64,000 bases of DNA, from assembly GCA_002269645.1 (NCBI GenBank), contig NIVC01002947.1, positions 2,565 through 66,564 on the forward strand. The letters run 5' to 3'. The notes beneath the pieces are model-generated. The model ran no database searches, was not told the DNA's origin, and was given only the letters and a program-made list of their open reading frames with translations. Position numbers and translations under genes: made by a program. Within the stretch, counting starts at the first letter, position 1, and each line of letters begins with the position of its first letter. Shown here piece by piece: positions 1-15,000 of this stretch. This DNA is from Macrostomum lignano (Eukaryota).

Positions 1-3000
1 AAGCGTCATGTAAAAATCATAGAAGCGTCATGTAAAAATCATAGAAGCGTCATGTAAAAATCATAGAAGCGTCATGTAAAAATCATAGAAGCGTCATGTA
101 AAAATCATAGAAGCGTCATGTAAAAATCATAGAAGCGTCATGTAAAAATCATAGAAGCGTCATGTAAAAATCATAGAAGCGTCATGTAAAAATCATAGAA
201 GCGTCATGTAAAAATCATAGAAGCGTCATGTAAAAATCATAGAAGCGTCATGTAAAAATCATAGAAGCGTCATGTAAAAATCATAGAAGCGTCATGTAAA
301 CAATCATAGAAGCGTCATGTAAAAATCATAGAAGCGTCATGTAAAAATCATAGAAGCGTCATGTAAAAATCATAGAAGCGTCATGTAAAAATCATAGAAG
401 CGTCATGTAAAAATCATAGAAGCGTCATGTAAAAATCATAGAAGCGTCATGTAAACAATCATAGAAGCGTCATGTAAAAATCATAGAAGCGTCATGTAAA
501 AATCATAGAAGCGTCATGTAAAAATCATAGAAGCGTCATGTAAAAATCATAGAAGCGTCATGTAAAAATCATAGAAGCGTCATGTAAAAATCATAGAAGC
601 GTCATGTAAAAATCATAGAAGCGTCATGTAAAAATCATAGAAGCGTCATGTAAAAATCATAGAAGCGTCATGTAAAAATCATAGAAGCGTCATGTAAAAA
701 TCATAGAAGCGTCATGTAAACAATCATAGAAGCGTCATGTAAAAATCATAGAAGCGTCATGTAAAAATCATAGAAGCGTCATGTAAAAATCATAGAAGCG
801 TCATGTAAAAATCATAGAAGCGTCATGTAAAAATCATAGAAGCGTCATGTAAAAATCATAGAAGCGTCATGTAAACAATCATAGAAGCGTCATGTAAAAA
901 TCATAGAAGCGTCATGTAAACAATCATAGAAGCGTCATGTAAAAATCATAGAAGCGTCATGTAAAAATCATAGAAGCGTCATGTAAAAATCATAGAAGCG
1001 TCATGTAAAAATCATAGAAGCGTCATGTAAACAATCATAGAAGCGTCATGTAAAAATCATAGAAGCGTCATGTAAAAATCATAGAAGCGTCATGTAAAAA
1101 TCATAGAAGCGTCATGTAAAAATCATAGAAGCGTCATGTAAAAATCATAGAAGCGTCATGTAAAAATCATAGAAGCGTCATGTAAAAATCATAGAAGCGT
1201 CATGTAAAAATCATAGAAGCGTCATGTAAAAATCATAGAAGCGTCATGTAAAAATCATAGAAGCGTCATGTAAAAATCATAGAAGCGTCATGTAAAAATC
1301 ATAGAAGCGTCATGTAAAAATCATAGAAGCGTCATGTAAAAATCATAGAAGCGTCATGTAAACAATCATAGAAGCGTCATGTAAAAATCATAGAAGCGTC
1401 ATGTAAAAATCATAGAAGCGTCATGTAAACAATCATAGAAGCGTCATGTAAAAATCATAGAAGCGTCATGTAAACAATCATAGAAGCGTCATGTAAAAAT
1501 CATAGAAGCGTCATGTAAAAATCATAGAAGCGTCATGTAAAAATCATAGAAGCGTCATGTAAAAATCATAGAAGCGTCATGTAAAAATCATAGAAGCGTC
1601 ATGTAAAAATCATAGAAGCGTCATGTAAAAATCATAGAAGCGTCATGTAAAAATCATAGAAGCGTCATGTAAAAATCATAGAAGCGTCATGTAAAAATCA
1701 TAGAAGCGTCATGTAAAAATCATAGAAGCGTCATGTAAAAATCATAGAAGCGTCATGTAAAAATCATAGAAGCGTCATGTAAAAATCATAGAAGCGTCAT
1801 GTAAAAATCATAGAAGCGTCATGTAAAAATCATAGAAGCGTCATGTAAACAATCATAGAAGCGTCATGTAAAACAATCATAGAAGCGTCATGTAAAAATC
1901 ATAGAAGCGTCATGTAAAAATCATAGAAGCGTCATGTAAACAATCATAGAAGCGTCATGTAAAAATCATAGAAGCGTCATGTAAAAATCATAGAAGCGTC
2001 ATGTAAAAATCATAGAAGCGTCATGTAAAAATCATAGAAGCGTCATGTAAAAATCATAGAAGCGTCATGTAAAAATCATAGAAGCGTCATGTAAAAATCA
2101 TAGAAGCGTCATGTAAAAATCATAGAAGCGTCATGTAAAAATCATAGAAGCGTCATGTAAAAATCATAGAAGCGTCATGTAAAAATCATAGAAGCGTCAT
2201 GTAAAAATCATAGAAGCGTCATGTAAAAATCATAGAAGCGTCATGTAAACAATCATAGAAGCGTCATGTAAAAATCATAGAAGCGTCATGTAAACAATCA
2301 TAGAAGCGTCATGTAAAAATCATAGAAGCGTCATGTAAAAATCATAGAAGCGTCATGTAAAAATCATAGAAGCGTCATGTAAACAATCATAGAAGCGTCA
2401 TGTAAAAATCATAGAAGCGTCATGTAAAAATCATAGAAGCGTCATGTAAACAATCATAGAAGCGTCATGTAAAAATCATAGAAGCGTCATGTAAAAATCA
2501 TAGAAGCGTCATGTAAAAATCATAGAAGCGTCATGTAAAAATCATAGAAGCGTCATGTAAAAATCATAGAAGCGTCATGTAAAAATCATAGAAGCGTCAT
2601 GTAAAAATCATAGAAGCGTCATGTAAAAATCATAGAAGCGTCATGTAAAAATCATAGAAGCGTCATGTAAAAATCATAGAAGCGTCATGTAAAAATCATA
2701 GAAGCGTCATGTAAAAATCATAGAAGCGTCATGTAAAAATCATAGAAGCGTCATGTAAAAATCATAGAAGCGTCATGTAAAAATCATAGAAGCGTCATGT
2801 AAAAATCATAGAAGCGTCATGTAAAAATCATAGAAGCGTCATGTAAAAATCATAGAAGCGTCATGTAAAAATCATAGAAGCGTCATGTAAAAATCATAGA
2901 AGCGTCATGTAAAAATCATAGAAGCGTCATGTAAAAATCATAGAAGCGTCATGTAAAAATCATAGAAGCGTCATGTAAAAATCATAGAAGCGTCATGTAA

Positions 3001-6000
3001 AAATCATAGAAGCGTCATGTAAAAATCATAGAAGCGTCATGTAAAAATCATAGAAGCGTCATGTAAAAATCATAGAAGCGTCATGTAAACAATCATAGAA
3101 GCGTCATGTAAAAATCATAGAAGCGTCATGTAAAAATCATAGAAGCGTCATGTAAAAATCATAGAAGCGTCATGTAAAAATCATAGAAGCGTCATGTAAA
3201 AATCATAGAAGCGTCATGTAAAAATCATAGAAGCGTCATGTAAAAATCATAGAAGCGTCATGTAAAAATCATAGAAGCGTCATGTAAAAATCATAGAAGC
3301 GTCATGTAAAAATCATAGAAGCGTCATGTAAAAATCATAGAAGCGTCATGTAAAAATCATAGAAGCGTCATGTAAAAAATCATAGAAGCGTCATGTAAAA
3401 ATCATAGAAGCGTCATGTAAAAATCATAGAAGCGTCATGTAAAAATCATAGAAGCGTCATGTAAAAAATCATAGAAGCGTCATGTAAAAATCATAGAAGC
3501 GTCATGTAAAAATCATAGAAGCGTCATGTAAAAATCATAGAAGCGTCATGTAAAAATCATAGAAGCGTCATGTAAAAATCATAGAAGCGTCATGTAAAAA
3601 TCATAGAAGCGTCATGTAAAAATCATAGAAGCGTCATGTAAAAATCATAGAAGCGTCATGTAAAAATCATAGAAGCGTCATGTAAAAATCATAGAAGCGT
3701 CATGTAAAAATCATAGAAGCGTCATGTAAAAATCATAGAAGCGTCATGTAAAAATCATAGAAGCGTCATGTAAAAATCATAGAAGCGTCATGTAAAAATC
3801 ATAGAAGCGTCATGTAAAAATCATAGAAGCGTCATGTAAAAATCATAGAAGCGTCATGTAAAAATCATAGAAGCGTCATGTAAAAATCATAGAAGCGTCA
3901 TGTAAAAATCATAGAAGCGTCATGTAAAAATCATAGAAGCGTCATGTAAAAATCATAGAAGCGTCATGTAAAAATCATAGAAGCGTCATGTAAAAATCAT
4001 AGAAGCGTCATGTAAAAATCATAGAAGCGTCATGTAAAAATCATAGAAGCGTCATGTAAAAATCATAGAAGCGTCATGTAAAAATCATAGAAGCGTCATG
4101 TAAAAATCATAGAAGCGTCATGTAAAAATCATAGAAGCGTCATGTAAAAATCATAGAAGCGTCATGTAAAAATCATAGAAGCGTCATGTAAAAATCATAG
4201 AAGCGTCATGTAAAAATCATAGAAGCGTCATGTAAAAATCATAGAAGCGTCATGTAAAAATCATAGAAGCGTCATGTAAAAATCATAGAAGCGTCATGTA
4301 AAAATCATAGAAGCGTCATGTAAAAATCATAGAAGCGTCATGTAAAAATCATAGAAGCGTCATGTAAAAATCATAGAAGCGTCATGTAAAAATCATAGAA
4401 GCGTCATGTAAAAATCATAGAAGCGTCATGTAAAAATCATAGAAGCGTCATGTAAAAATCATAGAAGCGTCATGTAAAAATCATAGAAGCGTCATGTAAA
4501 CAATCATAGAAGCGTCATGTAAAAATCATAGAAGCGTCATGTAAAAATCATAGAAGCGTCATGTAAAAATCATAGAAGCGTCATGTAAAAATCATAGAAG
4601 CGTCATGTAAAAATCATAGAAGCGTCATGTAAAAATCATAGAAGCGTCATGTAAAAATCATAGAAGCGTCATGTAAAAATCATAGAAGCGTCATGTAAAA
4701 ATCATAGAAGCGTCATGTAAAAATCATAGAAGCGTCATGTAAAAATCATAGAAGCGTCATGTAAAAATCATAGAAGCGTCATGTAAAAATCATAGAAGCG
4801 TCATGTAAAAATCATAGAAGCGTCATGTAAAAATCATAGAAGCGTCATGTAAAAATCATAGAAGCGTCATGTAAAAATCATAGAAGCGTCATGTAAAAAT
4901 CATAGAAGCGTCATGTAAAAATCATAGAAGCGTCATGTAAAAATCATAGAAGCGTCATGTAAAAATCATAGAAGCGTCATGTAAACAATCATAGAAGCGT
5001 CATGTAAAAATCATAGAAGCGTCATGTAAAAATCATAGAAGCGTCATGTAAAAATCATAGAAGCGTCATGTAAAAATCATAGAAGCGTCATGTAAAAATC
5101 ATAGAAGCGTCATGTAAAAATCATAGAAGCGTCATGTAAAAATCATAGAAGCGTCATGTAAAAATCATAGAAGCGTCATGTAAAAATCATAGAAGCGTCA
5201 TGTAAAAATCATAGAAGCGTCATGTAAAAATCATAGAAGCGTCATGTAAAAATCATAGAAGCGTCATGTAAAAATCATAGAAGCGTCATGTAAAAATCAT
5301 AGAAGCGTCATGTAAAAATCATAGAAGCGTCATGTAAAAATCATAGAAGCGTCATGTAAAAATCATAGAAGCGTCATGTAAAAATCATAGAAGCGTCATG
5401 TAAAAATCATAGAAGCGTCATGTAAAAATCATAGAAGCGTCATGTAAAAATCATAGAAGCGTCATGTAAAAATCATAGAAGCGTCATGTAAAAATCATAG
5501 AAGCGTCATGTAAAAATCATAGAAGCGTCATGTAAAAATCATAGAAGCGTCATGTAAAAATCATAGAAGCGTCATGTAAAAATCATAGAAGCGTCATGTA
5601 AAATCATAGAAGCGTCATGTAAAAATCATAGAAGCGTCATGTAAAAATCATAGAAGCGTCATGTAAAAATCATAGAAGCGTCATGTAAAAATCATAGAAG
5701 CGTCATGTAAAAATCATAGAAGCGTCATGTAAAAATCATAGAAGCGTCATGTAAAAATCATAGAAGCGTCATGTAAAAATCATAGAAGCGTCATGTAAAA
5801 ATCATAGAAGCGTCATGTAAAAATCATAGAAGCGTCATGTAAAAATCATAGAAGCGTCATGTAAAAATCATAGAAGCGTCATGTAAAAATCATAGAAGCG
5901 TCATGTAAAAATCATAGAAGCGTCATGTAAAAATCATAGAAGCGTCATGTAAAAATCATAGAAGCGTCATGTAAAAATCATAGAAGCGTCATGTAAAAAT

Positions 6001-9000
6001 CATAGAAGCGTCATGTAAAAATCATAGAAGCGTCATGTAAAAATCATAGAAGCGTCATGTAAAAATCATAGAAGCGTCATGTAAAAATCATAGAAGCGTC
6101 ATGTAAAAATCATAGAAGCGTCATGTAAAAATCATAGAAGCGTCATGTAAAAATCATAGAAGCGTCATGTAAAAATCATAGAAGCGTCATGTAAAAATCA
6201 TAGAAGCGTCATGTAAAAATCATAGAAGCGTCATGTAAAAATCATAGAAGCGTCATGTAAAAATCATAGAAGCGTCATGTAAAAATCATAGAAGCGTCAT
6301 GTAAAAATCATAGAAGCGTCATGTAAAAATCATAGAAGCGTCATGTAAAAATCATAGAAGCGTCATGTAAAAATCATAGAAGCGTCATGTAAAAATCATA
6401 GAAGCGTCATGTAAAAATCATAGAAGCGTCATGTAAAAATCATAGAAGCGTCATGTAAAAATCATAGAAGCGTCATGTAAAAATCATAGAAGCGTCATGT
6501 AAAAATCATAGAAGCGTCATGTAAAAATCATAGAAGCGTCATGTAAAAATCATAGAAGCGTCATGTAAAAATCATAGAAGCGTCATGTAAAAATCATAGA
6601 AGCGTCATGTAAAAATCATAGAAGCGTCATGTAAAAATCATAGAAGCGTCATGTAAAAATCATAGAAGCGTCATGTAAACAATCATAGAAGCGTCATGTA
6701 AAAATCATAGAAGCGTCATGTAAAAATCATAGAAGCGTCATGTAAAAATCATAGAAGCGTCATGTAAAAATCATAGAAGCGTCATGTAAAAATCATAGAA
6801 GCGTCATGTAAAAATCATAGAAGCGTCATGTAAACAATCATAGAAGCGTCATGTAAAAATCATAGAAGCGTCATGTAAAAATCATAGAAGCGTCATGTAA
6901 AAATCATAGAAGCGTCATGTAAAAATCATAGAAGCGTCATGTAAAAATCATAGAAGCGTCATGTAAAAATCATAGAAGCGTCATGTAAAAATCATAGAAG
7001 CGTCATGTAAAAATCATAGAAGCGTCATGTAAAAATCATAGAAGCGTCATGTAAAAATCATAGAAGCGTCATGTAAAAATCATAGAAGCGTCATGTAAAA
7101 ATCATAGAAGCGTCATGTAAAAATCATAGAAGCGTCATGTAAAAATCATAGAAGCGTCATGTAAAAATCATAGAAGCGTCATGTAAAAATCATAGAAGCG
7201 TCATGTAAAAATCATAGAAGCGTCATGTAAAAATCATAGAAGCGTCATGTAAAAATCATAGAAGCGTCATGTAAAAATCATAGAAGCGTCATGTAAAAAT
7301 CATAGAAGCGTCATGTAAAAATCATAGAAGCGTCATGTAAAAATCATAGAAGCGTCATGTAAAAATCATAGAAGCGTCATGTAAAAATCATAGAAGCGTC
7401 ATGTAAAAATCATAGAAGCGTCATGTAAAAATCATAGAAGCGTCATGTAAAAATCATAGAAGCGTCATGTAAAAATCATAGAAGCGTCATGTAAAAATCA
7501 TAGAAGCGTCATGTAAAAATCATAGAAGCGTCATGTAAAAATCATAGAAGCGTCATGTAAAAATCATAGAAGCGTCATGTAAAAATCATAGAAGCGTCAT
7601 GTAAAAATCATAGAAGCGTCATGTAAAAATCATAGAAGCGTCATGTAAAAATCATAGAAGCGTCATGTAAAAATCATAGAAGCGTCATGTAAAAATCATA
7701 GAAGCGTCATGTAAAAATCATAGAAGCGTCATGTAAAAATCATAGAAGCGTCATGTAAAAATCATAGAAGCGTCATGTAAAAATCATAGAAGCGTCATGT
7801 AAAAATCATAGAAGCGTCATGTAAAAATCATAGAAGCGTCATGTAAAAATCATAGAAGCGTCATGTAAAAATCATAGAAGCGTCATGTAAAAATCATAGA
7901 AGCGTCATGTAAAAATCATAGAAGCGTCATGTAAAAATCATAGAAGCGTCATGTAAAAATCATAGAAGCGTCATGTAAAAATCATAGAAGCGTCATGTAA
8001 AAATCATAGAAGCGTCATGTAAAAATCATAGAAGCGTCATGTAAAAATCATAGAAGCGTCATGTAAAAATCATAGAAGCGTCATGTAAAAATCATAGAAG
8101 CGTCATGTAAAAATCATAGAAGCGTCATGTAAAAATCATAGAAGCGTCATGTAAAAATCATAGAAGCGTCATGTAAAAATCATAGAAGCGTCATGTAAAA
8201 ATCATAGAAGCGTCATGTAAAAATCATAGAAGCGTCATGTAAAAATCATAGAAGCGTCATGTAAAAATCATAGAAGCGTCATGTAAAAATCATAGAAGCG
8301 TCATGTAAAAATCATAGAAGCGTCATGTAAAAATCATAGAAGCGTCATGTAAAAATCATAGAAGCGTCATGTAAAAATCATAGAAGCGTCATGTAAAAAT
8401 CATAGAAGCGTCATGTAAAAATCATAGAAGCGTCATGTAAAAATCATAGAAGCGTCATGTAAAAATCATAGAAGCGTCATGTAAAAATCATAGAAGCGTC
8501 ATGTAAAAATCATAGAAGCGTCATGTAAAAATCATAGAAGCGTCATGTAAAAATCATAGAAGCGTCATGTAAACAATCATAGAAGCGTCATGTAAAAATC
8601 ATAGAAGCGTCATGTAAAAATCATAGAAGCGTCATGTAAAAATCATAGAAGCGTCATGTAAAAATCATAGAAGCGTCATGTAAAAATCATAGAAGCGTCA
8701 TGTAAAAATCATAGAAGCGTCATGTAAAAATCATAGAAGCGTCATGTAAAAATCATAGAAGCGTCATGTAAAAATCATAGAAGCGTCATGTAAAAATCAT
8801 AGAAGCGTCATGTAAAAATCATAGAAGCGTCATGTAAAAATCATAGAAGCGTCATGTAAAAATCATAGAAGCGTCATGTAAAAATCATAGAAGCGTCATG
8901 TAAAAATCATAGAAGCGTCATGTAAAAATCATAGAAGCGTCATGTAAAAATCATAGAAGCGTCATGTAAAAATCATAGAAGCGTCATGTAAAAATCATAG

Positions 9001-12000
9001 AAGCGTCATGTAAAAATCATAGAAGCGTCATGTAAAAATCATAGAAGCGTCATGTAAAAATCATAGAAGCGTCATGTAAAAATCATAGAAGCGTCATGTA
9101 AAAATCATAGAAGCGTCATGTAAAAATCATAGAAGCGTCATGTAAAAATCATAGAAGCGTCATGTAAAAATCATAGAAGCGTCATGTAAAAATCATAGAA
9201 GCGTCATGTAAAAATCATAGAAGCGTCATGTAAAAATCATAGAAGCGTCATGTAAAAATCATAGAAGCGTCATGTAAAAATCATAGAAGCGTCATGTAAA
9301 AATCATAGAAGCGTCATGTAAAAATCATAGAAGCGTCATGTAAAAATCATAGAAGCGTCATGTAAAAATCATAGAAGCGTCATGTAAAAATCATAGAAGC
9401 GTCATGTAAAAATCATAGAAGCGTCATGTAAAATCATAGAAGCGTCATGTAAAAATCATAGAAGCGTCATGTAAAAATCATAGAAGCGTCATGTAAAAAT
9501 CATAGAAGCGTCATGTAAAAATCATAGAAGCGTCATGTAAAAATCATAGAAGCGTCATGTAAAAATCATAGAAGCGTCATGTAAAAATCATAGAAGCGTC
9601 ATGTAAAAAATCATAGAAGCGTCATGTAAAAATCATAGAAGCGTCATGTAAAAATCATAGAAGCGTCATGTAAAAATCATAGAAGCGTCATGTAAAAATC
9701 ATAGAAGCGTCATGTAAAAATCATAGAAGCGTCATGTAAAAATCATAGAAGCGTCATGTAAAAATCATAGAAGCGTCATGTAAACAATCATAGAAGCGTC
9801 ATGTAAAAATCATAGAAGCGTCATGTAAAAATCATAGAAGCGTCATGTAAAAATCATAGAAGCGTCATGTAAAAATCATAGAAGCGTCATGTAAAAATCA
9901 TAGAAGCGTCATGTAAAAATCATAGAAGCGTCATGTAAACAATCATAGAAGCGTCATGTAAAAATCATAGAAGCGTCATGTAAAAATCATAGAAGCGTCA
10001 TGTAAAAATCATAGAAGCGTCATGTAAAAATCATAGAAGCGTCATGTAAAAATCATAGAAGCGTCATGTAAAAATCATAGAAGCGTCATGTAAAAATCAT
10101 AGAAGCGTCATGTAAAAATCATAGAAGCGTCATGTAAAAATCATAGAAGCGTCATGTAAAAATCATAGAAGCGTCATGTAAAAATCATAGAAGCGTCATG
10201 TAAAAATCATAGAAGCGTCATGTAAAAATCATAGAAGCGTCATGTAAAAATCATAGAAGCGTCATGTAAAAATCATAGAAGCGTCATGTAAAAATCATAG
10301 AAGCGTCATGTAAAAATCATAGAAGCGTCATGTAAAAATCATAGAAGCGTCATGTAAAAATCATAGAAGCGTCATGTAAAAATCATAGAAGCGTCATGTA
10401 AAAATCATAGAAGCGTCATGTAAAAATCATAGAAGCGTCATGTAAAAATCATAGAAGCGTCATGTAAAAATCATAGAAGCGTCATGTAAAAATCATAGAA
10501 GCGTCATGTAAAAATCATAGAAGCGTCATGTAAAAATCATAGAAGCGTCATGTAAAAATCATAGAAGCGTCATGTAAAAATCATAGAAGCGTCATGTAAA
10601 AATCATAGAAGCGTCATGTAAAAATCATAGAAGCGTCATGTAAAAATCATAGAAGCGTCATGTAAAAATCATAGAAGCGTCATGTAAAAATCATAGAAGC
10701 GTCATGTAAAAATCATAGAAGCGTCATGTAAAAATCATAGAAGCGTCATGTAAAAATCATAGAAGCGTCATGTAAAAATCATAGAAGCGTCATGTAAAAA
10801 TCATAGAAGCGTCATGTAAAAATCATAGAAGCGTCATGTAAAAATCATAGAAGCGTCATGTAAAAATCATAGAAGCGTCATGTAAAAATCATAGAAGCGT
10901 CATGTAAAAATCATAGAAGCGTCATGTAAAAATCATAGAAGCGTCATGTAAAAATCATAGAAGCGTCATGTAAAAATCATAGAAGCGTCATGTAAAAATC
11001 ATAGAAGCGTCATGTAAAAATCATAGAAGCGTCATGTAAAAATCATAGAAGCGTCATGTAAAAATCATAGAAGCGTCATGTAAAAATCATAGAAGCGTCA
11101 TGTAAAAATCATAGAAGCGTCATGTAAAAATCATAGAAGCGTCATGTAAAAATCATAGAAGCGTCATGTAAAAATCATAGAAGCGTCATGTAAAAATCAT
11201 AGAAGCGTCATGTAAAAATCATAGAAGCGTCATGTAAAAATCATAGAAGCGTCATGTAAAAATCATAGAAGCGTCATGTAAAAATCATAGAAGCGTCATG
11301 TAAAAATCATAGAAGCGTCATGTAAAAATCATAGAAGCGTCATGTAAAAATCATAGAAGCGTCATGTAAAAATCATAGAAGCGTCATGTAAAAATCATAG
11401 AAGCGTCATGTAAAAATCATAGAAGCGTCATGTAAAAATCATAGAAGCGTCATGTAAAAATCATAGAAGCGTCATGTAAAAATCATAGAAGCGTCATGTA
11501 AAAATCATAGAAGCGTCATGTAAAAATCATAGAAGCGTCATGTAAAAATCATAGAAGCGTCATGTAAAAATCATAGAAGCGTCATGTAAAAATCATAGAA
11601 GCGTCATGTAAAAATCATAGAAGCGTCATGTAAAAATCATAGAAGCGTCATGTAAAATCATAGAAGCGTCATGTAAAAATCATAGAAGCGTCATGTAAAA
11701 ATCATAGAAGCGTCATGTAAAAATCATAGAAGCGTCATGTAAAAATCATAGAAGCGTCATGTAAAAATCATAGAAGCGTCATGTAAAAATCATAGAAGCG
11801 TCATGTAAAAATCATAGAAGCGTCATGTAAAAATCATAGAAGCGTCATGTAAAAATCATAGAAGCGTCATGTAAAAATCATAGAAGCGTCATGTAAAAAT
11901 CATAGAAGCGTCATGTAAAAATCATAGAAGCGTCATGTAAAAATCATAGAAGCGTCATGTAAAAATCATAGAAGCGTCATGTAAAAATCATAGAAGCGTC

Positions 12001-15000
12001 ATGTAAAAATCATAGAAGCGTCATGTAAAAATCATAGAAGCGTCATGTAAAAATCATAGAAGCGTCATGTAAAAATCATAGAAGCGTCATGTAAAAATCA
12101 TAGAAGCGTCATGTAAAAATCATAGAAGCGTCATGTAAAAATCATAGAAGCGTCATGTAAAAATCATAGAAGCGTCATGTAAAAATCATAGAAGCGTCAT
12201 GTAAAAATCATAGAAGCGTCATGTAAAAATCATAGAAGCGTCATGTAAAAATCATAGAAGCGTCATGTAAAAATCATAGAAGCGTCATGTAAAAATCATA
12301 GAAGCGTCATGTAAAAATCATAGAAGCGTCATGTAAAAATCATAGAAGCGTCATGTAAAAATCATAGAAGCGTCATGTAAAAATCATAGAAGCGTCATGT
12401 AAAAATCATAGAAGCGTCATGTAAAAATCATAGAAGCGTCATGTAAAAATCATAGAAGCGTCATGTAAAAATCATAGAAGCGTCATGTAAAAATCATAGA
12501 AGCGTCATGTAAAAATCATAGAAGCGTCATGTAAAAATCATAGAAGCGTCATGTAAAAATCATAGAAGCGTCATGTAAAAATCATAGAAGCGTCATGTAA
12601 AAATCATAGAAGCGTCATGTAAAAATCATAGAAGCGTCATGTAAAAATCATAGAAGCGTCATGTAAACAATCATAGAAGCGTCATGTAAAAATCATAGAA
12701 GCGTCATGTAAAAATCATAGAAGCGTCATGTAAAAATCATAGAAGCGTCATGTAAAAATCATAGAAGCGTCATGTAAAAATCATAGAAGCGTCATGTAAA
12801 AATCATAGAAGCGTCATGTAAAAATCATAGAAGCGTCATGTAAAAATCATAGAAGCGTCATGTAAAAATCATAGAAGCGTCATGTAAAAATCATAGAAGC
12901 GTCATGTAAAAATCATAGAAGCGTCATGTAAAAATCATAGAAGCGTCATGTAAAAATCATAGAAGCGTCATGTAAAAATCATAGAAGCGTCATGTAAAAA
13001 TCATAGAAGCGTCATGTAAAAATCATAGAAGCGTCATGTAAAAATCATAGAAGCGTCATGTAAAAATCATAGAAGCGTCATGTAAAAATCATAGAAGCGT
13101 CATGTAAAAATCATAGAAGCGTCATGTAAAAATCATAGAAGCGTCATGTAAAAATCATAGAAGCGTCATGTAAAAATCATAGAAGCGTCATGTAAAAATC
13201 ATAGAAGCGTCATGTAAAAATCATAGAAGCGTCATGTAAAAATCATAGAAGCGTCATGTAAAAATCATAGAAGCGTCATGTAAAAATCATAGAAGCGTCA
13301 TGTAAAAATCATAGAAGCGTCATGTAAAAATCATAGAAGCGTCATGTAAAAATCATAGAAGCGTCATGTAAAAATCATAGAAGCGTCATGTAAAAATCAT
13401 AGAAGCGTCATGTAAAAATCATAGAAGCGTCATGTAAAAATCATAGAAGCGTCATGTAAAAATCATAGAAGCGTCATGTAAAAATCATAGAAGCGTCATG
13501 TAAAAATCATAGAAGCGTCATGTAAAAATCATAGAAGCGTCATGTAAAAATCATAGAAGCGTCATGTAAAAATCATAGAAGCGTCATGTAAAAATCATAG
13601 AAGCGTCATGTAAAAATCATAGAAGCGTCATGTAAAAATCATAGAAGCGTCATGTAAAAATCATAGAAGCGTCATGTAAAAATCATAGAAGCGTCATGTA
13701 AAAATCATAGAAGCGTCATGTAAAAATCATAGAAGCGTCATGTAAAAATCATAGAAGCGTCATGTAAAAATCATAGAAGCGTCATGTAAAAATCATAGAA
13801 GCGTCATGTAAAAATCATAGAAGCGTCATGTAAAAATCATAGAAGCGTCATGTAAAAATCATAGAAGCGTCATGTAAAAATCATAGAAGCGTCATGTAAA
13901 AATCATAGAAGCGTCATGTAAAAATCATAGAAGCGTCATGTAAAAATCATAGAAGCGTCATGTAAAAATCATAGAAGCGTCATGTAAAAATCATAGAAGC
14001 GTCATGTAAAAATCATAGAAGCGTCATGTAAAAATCATAGAAGCGTCATGTAAAAATCATAGAAGCGTCATGTAAAAATCATAGAAGCGTCATGTAAAAA
14101 TCATAGAAGCGTCATGTAAAAATCATAGAAGCGTCATGTAAAAATCATAGAAGCGTCATGTAAAAATCATAGAAGCGTCATGTAAAAATCATAGAAGCGT
14201 CATGTAAAAATCATAGAAGCGTCATGTAAAAATCATAGAAGCGTCATGTAAAAATCATAGAAGCGTCATGTAAAAATCATAGAAGCGTCATGTAAAAATC
14301 ATAGAAGCGTCATGTAAAAATCATAGAAGCGTCATGTAAAAATCATAGAAGCGTCATGTAAAAATCATAGAAGCGTCATGTAAAAATCATAGAAGCGTCA
14401 TGTAAAAATCATAGAAGCGTCATGTAAAAATCATAGAAGCGTCATGTAAAAATCATAGAAGCGTCATGTAAAAATCATAGAAGCGTCATGTAAAAATCAT
14501 AGAAGCGTCATGTAAAAATCATAGAAGCGTCATGTAAAAATCATAGAAGCGTCATGTAAAAATCATAGAAGCGTCATGTAAAAATCATAGAAGCGTCATG
14601 TAAAAATCATAGAAGCGTCATGTAAAAATCATAGAAGCGTCATGTAAAAATCATAGAAGCGTCATGTAAAAATCATAGAAGCGTCATGTAAAAATCATAG
14701 AAGCGTCATGTAAAAATCATAGAAGCGTCATGTAAAAATCATAGAAGCGTCATGTAAAAATCATAGAAGCGTCATGTAAAAATCATAGAAGCGTCATGTA
14801 AAAATCATAGAAGCGTCATGTAAAAATCATAGAAGCGTCATGTAAAAATCATAGAAGCGTCATGTAAAAAATCATAGAAGCGTCATGTAAAAATCATAGA
14901 AGCGTCATGTAAAAATCATAGAAGCGTCATGTAAAAATCATAGAAGCGTCATGTAAAAATCATAGAAGCGTCATGTAAAAATCATAGAAGCGTCATGTAA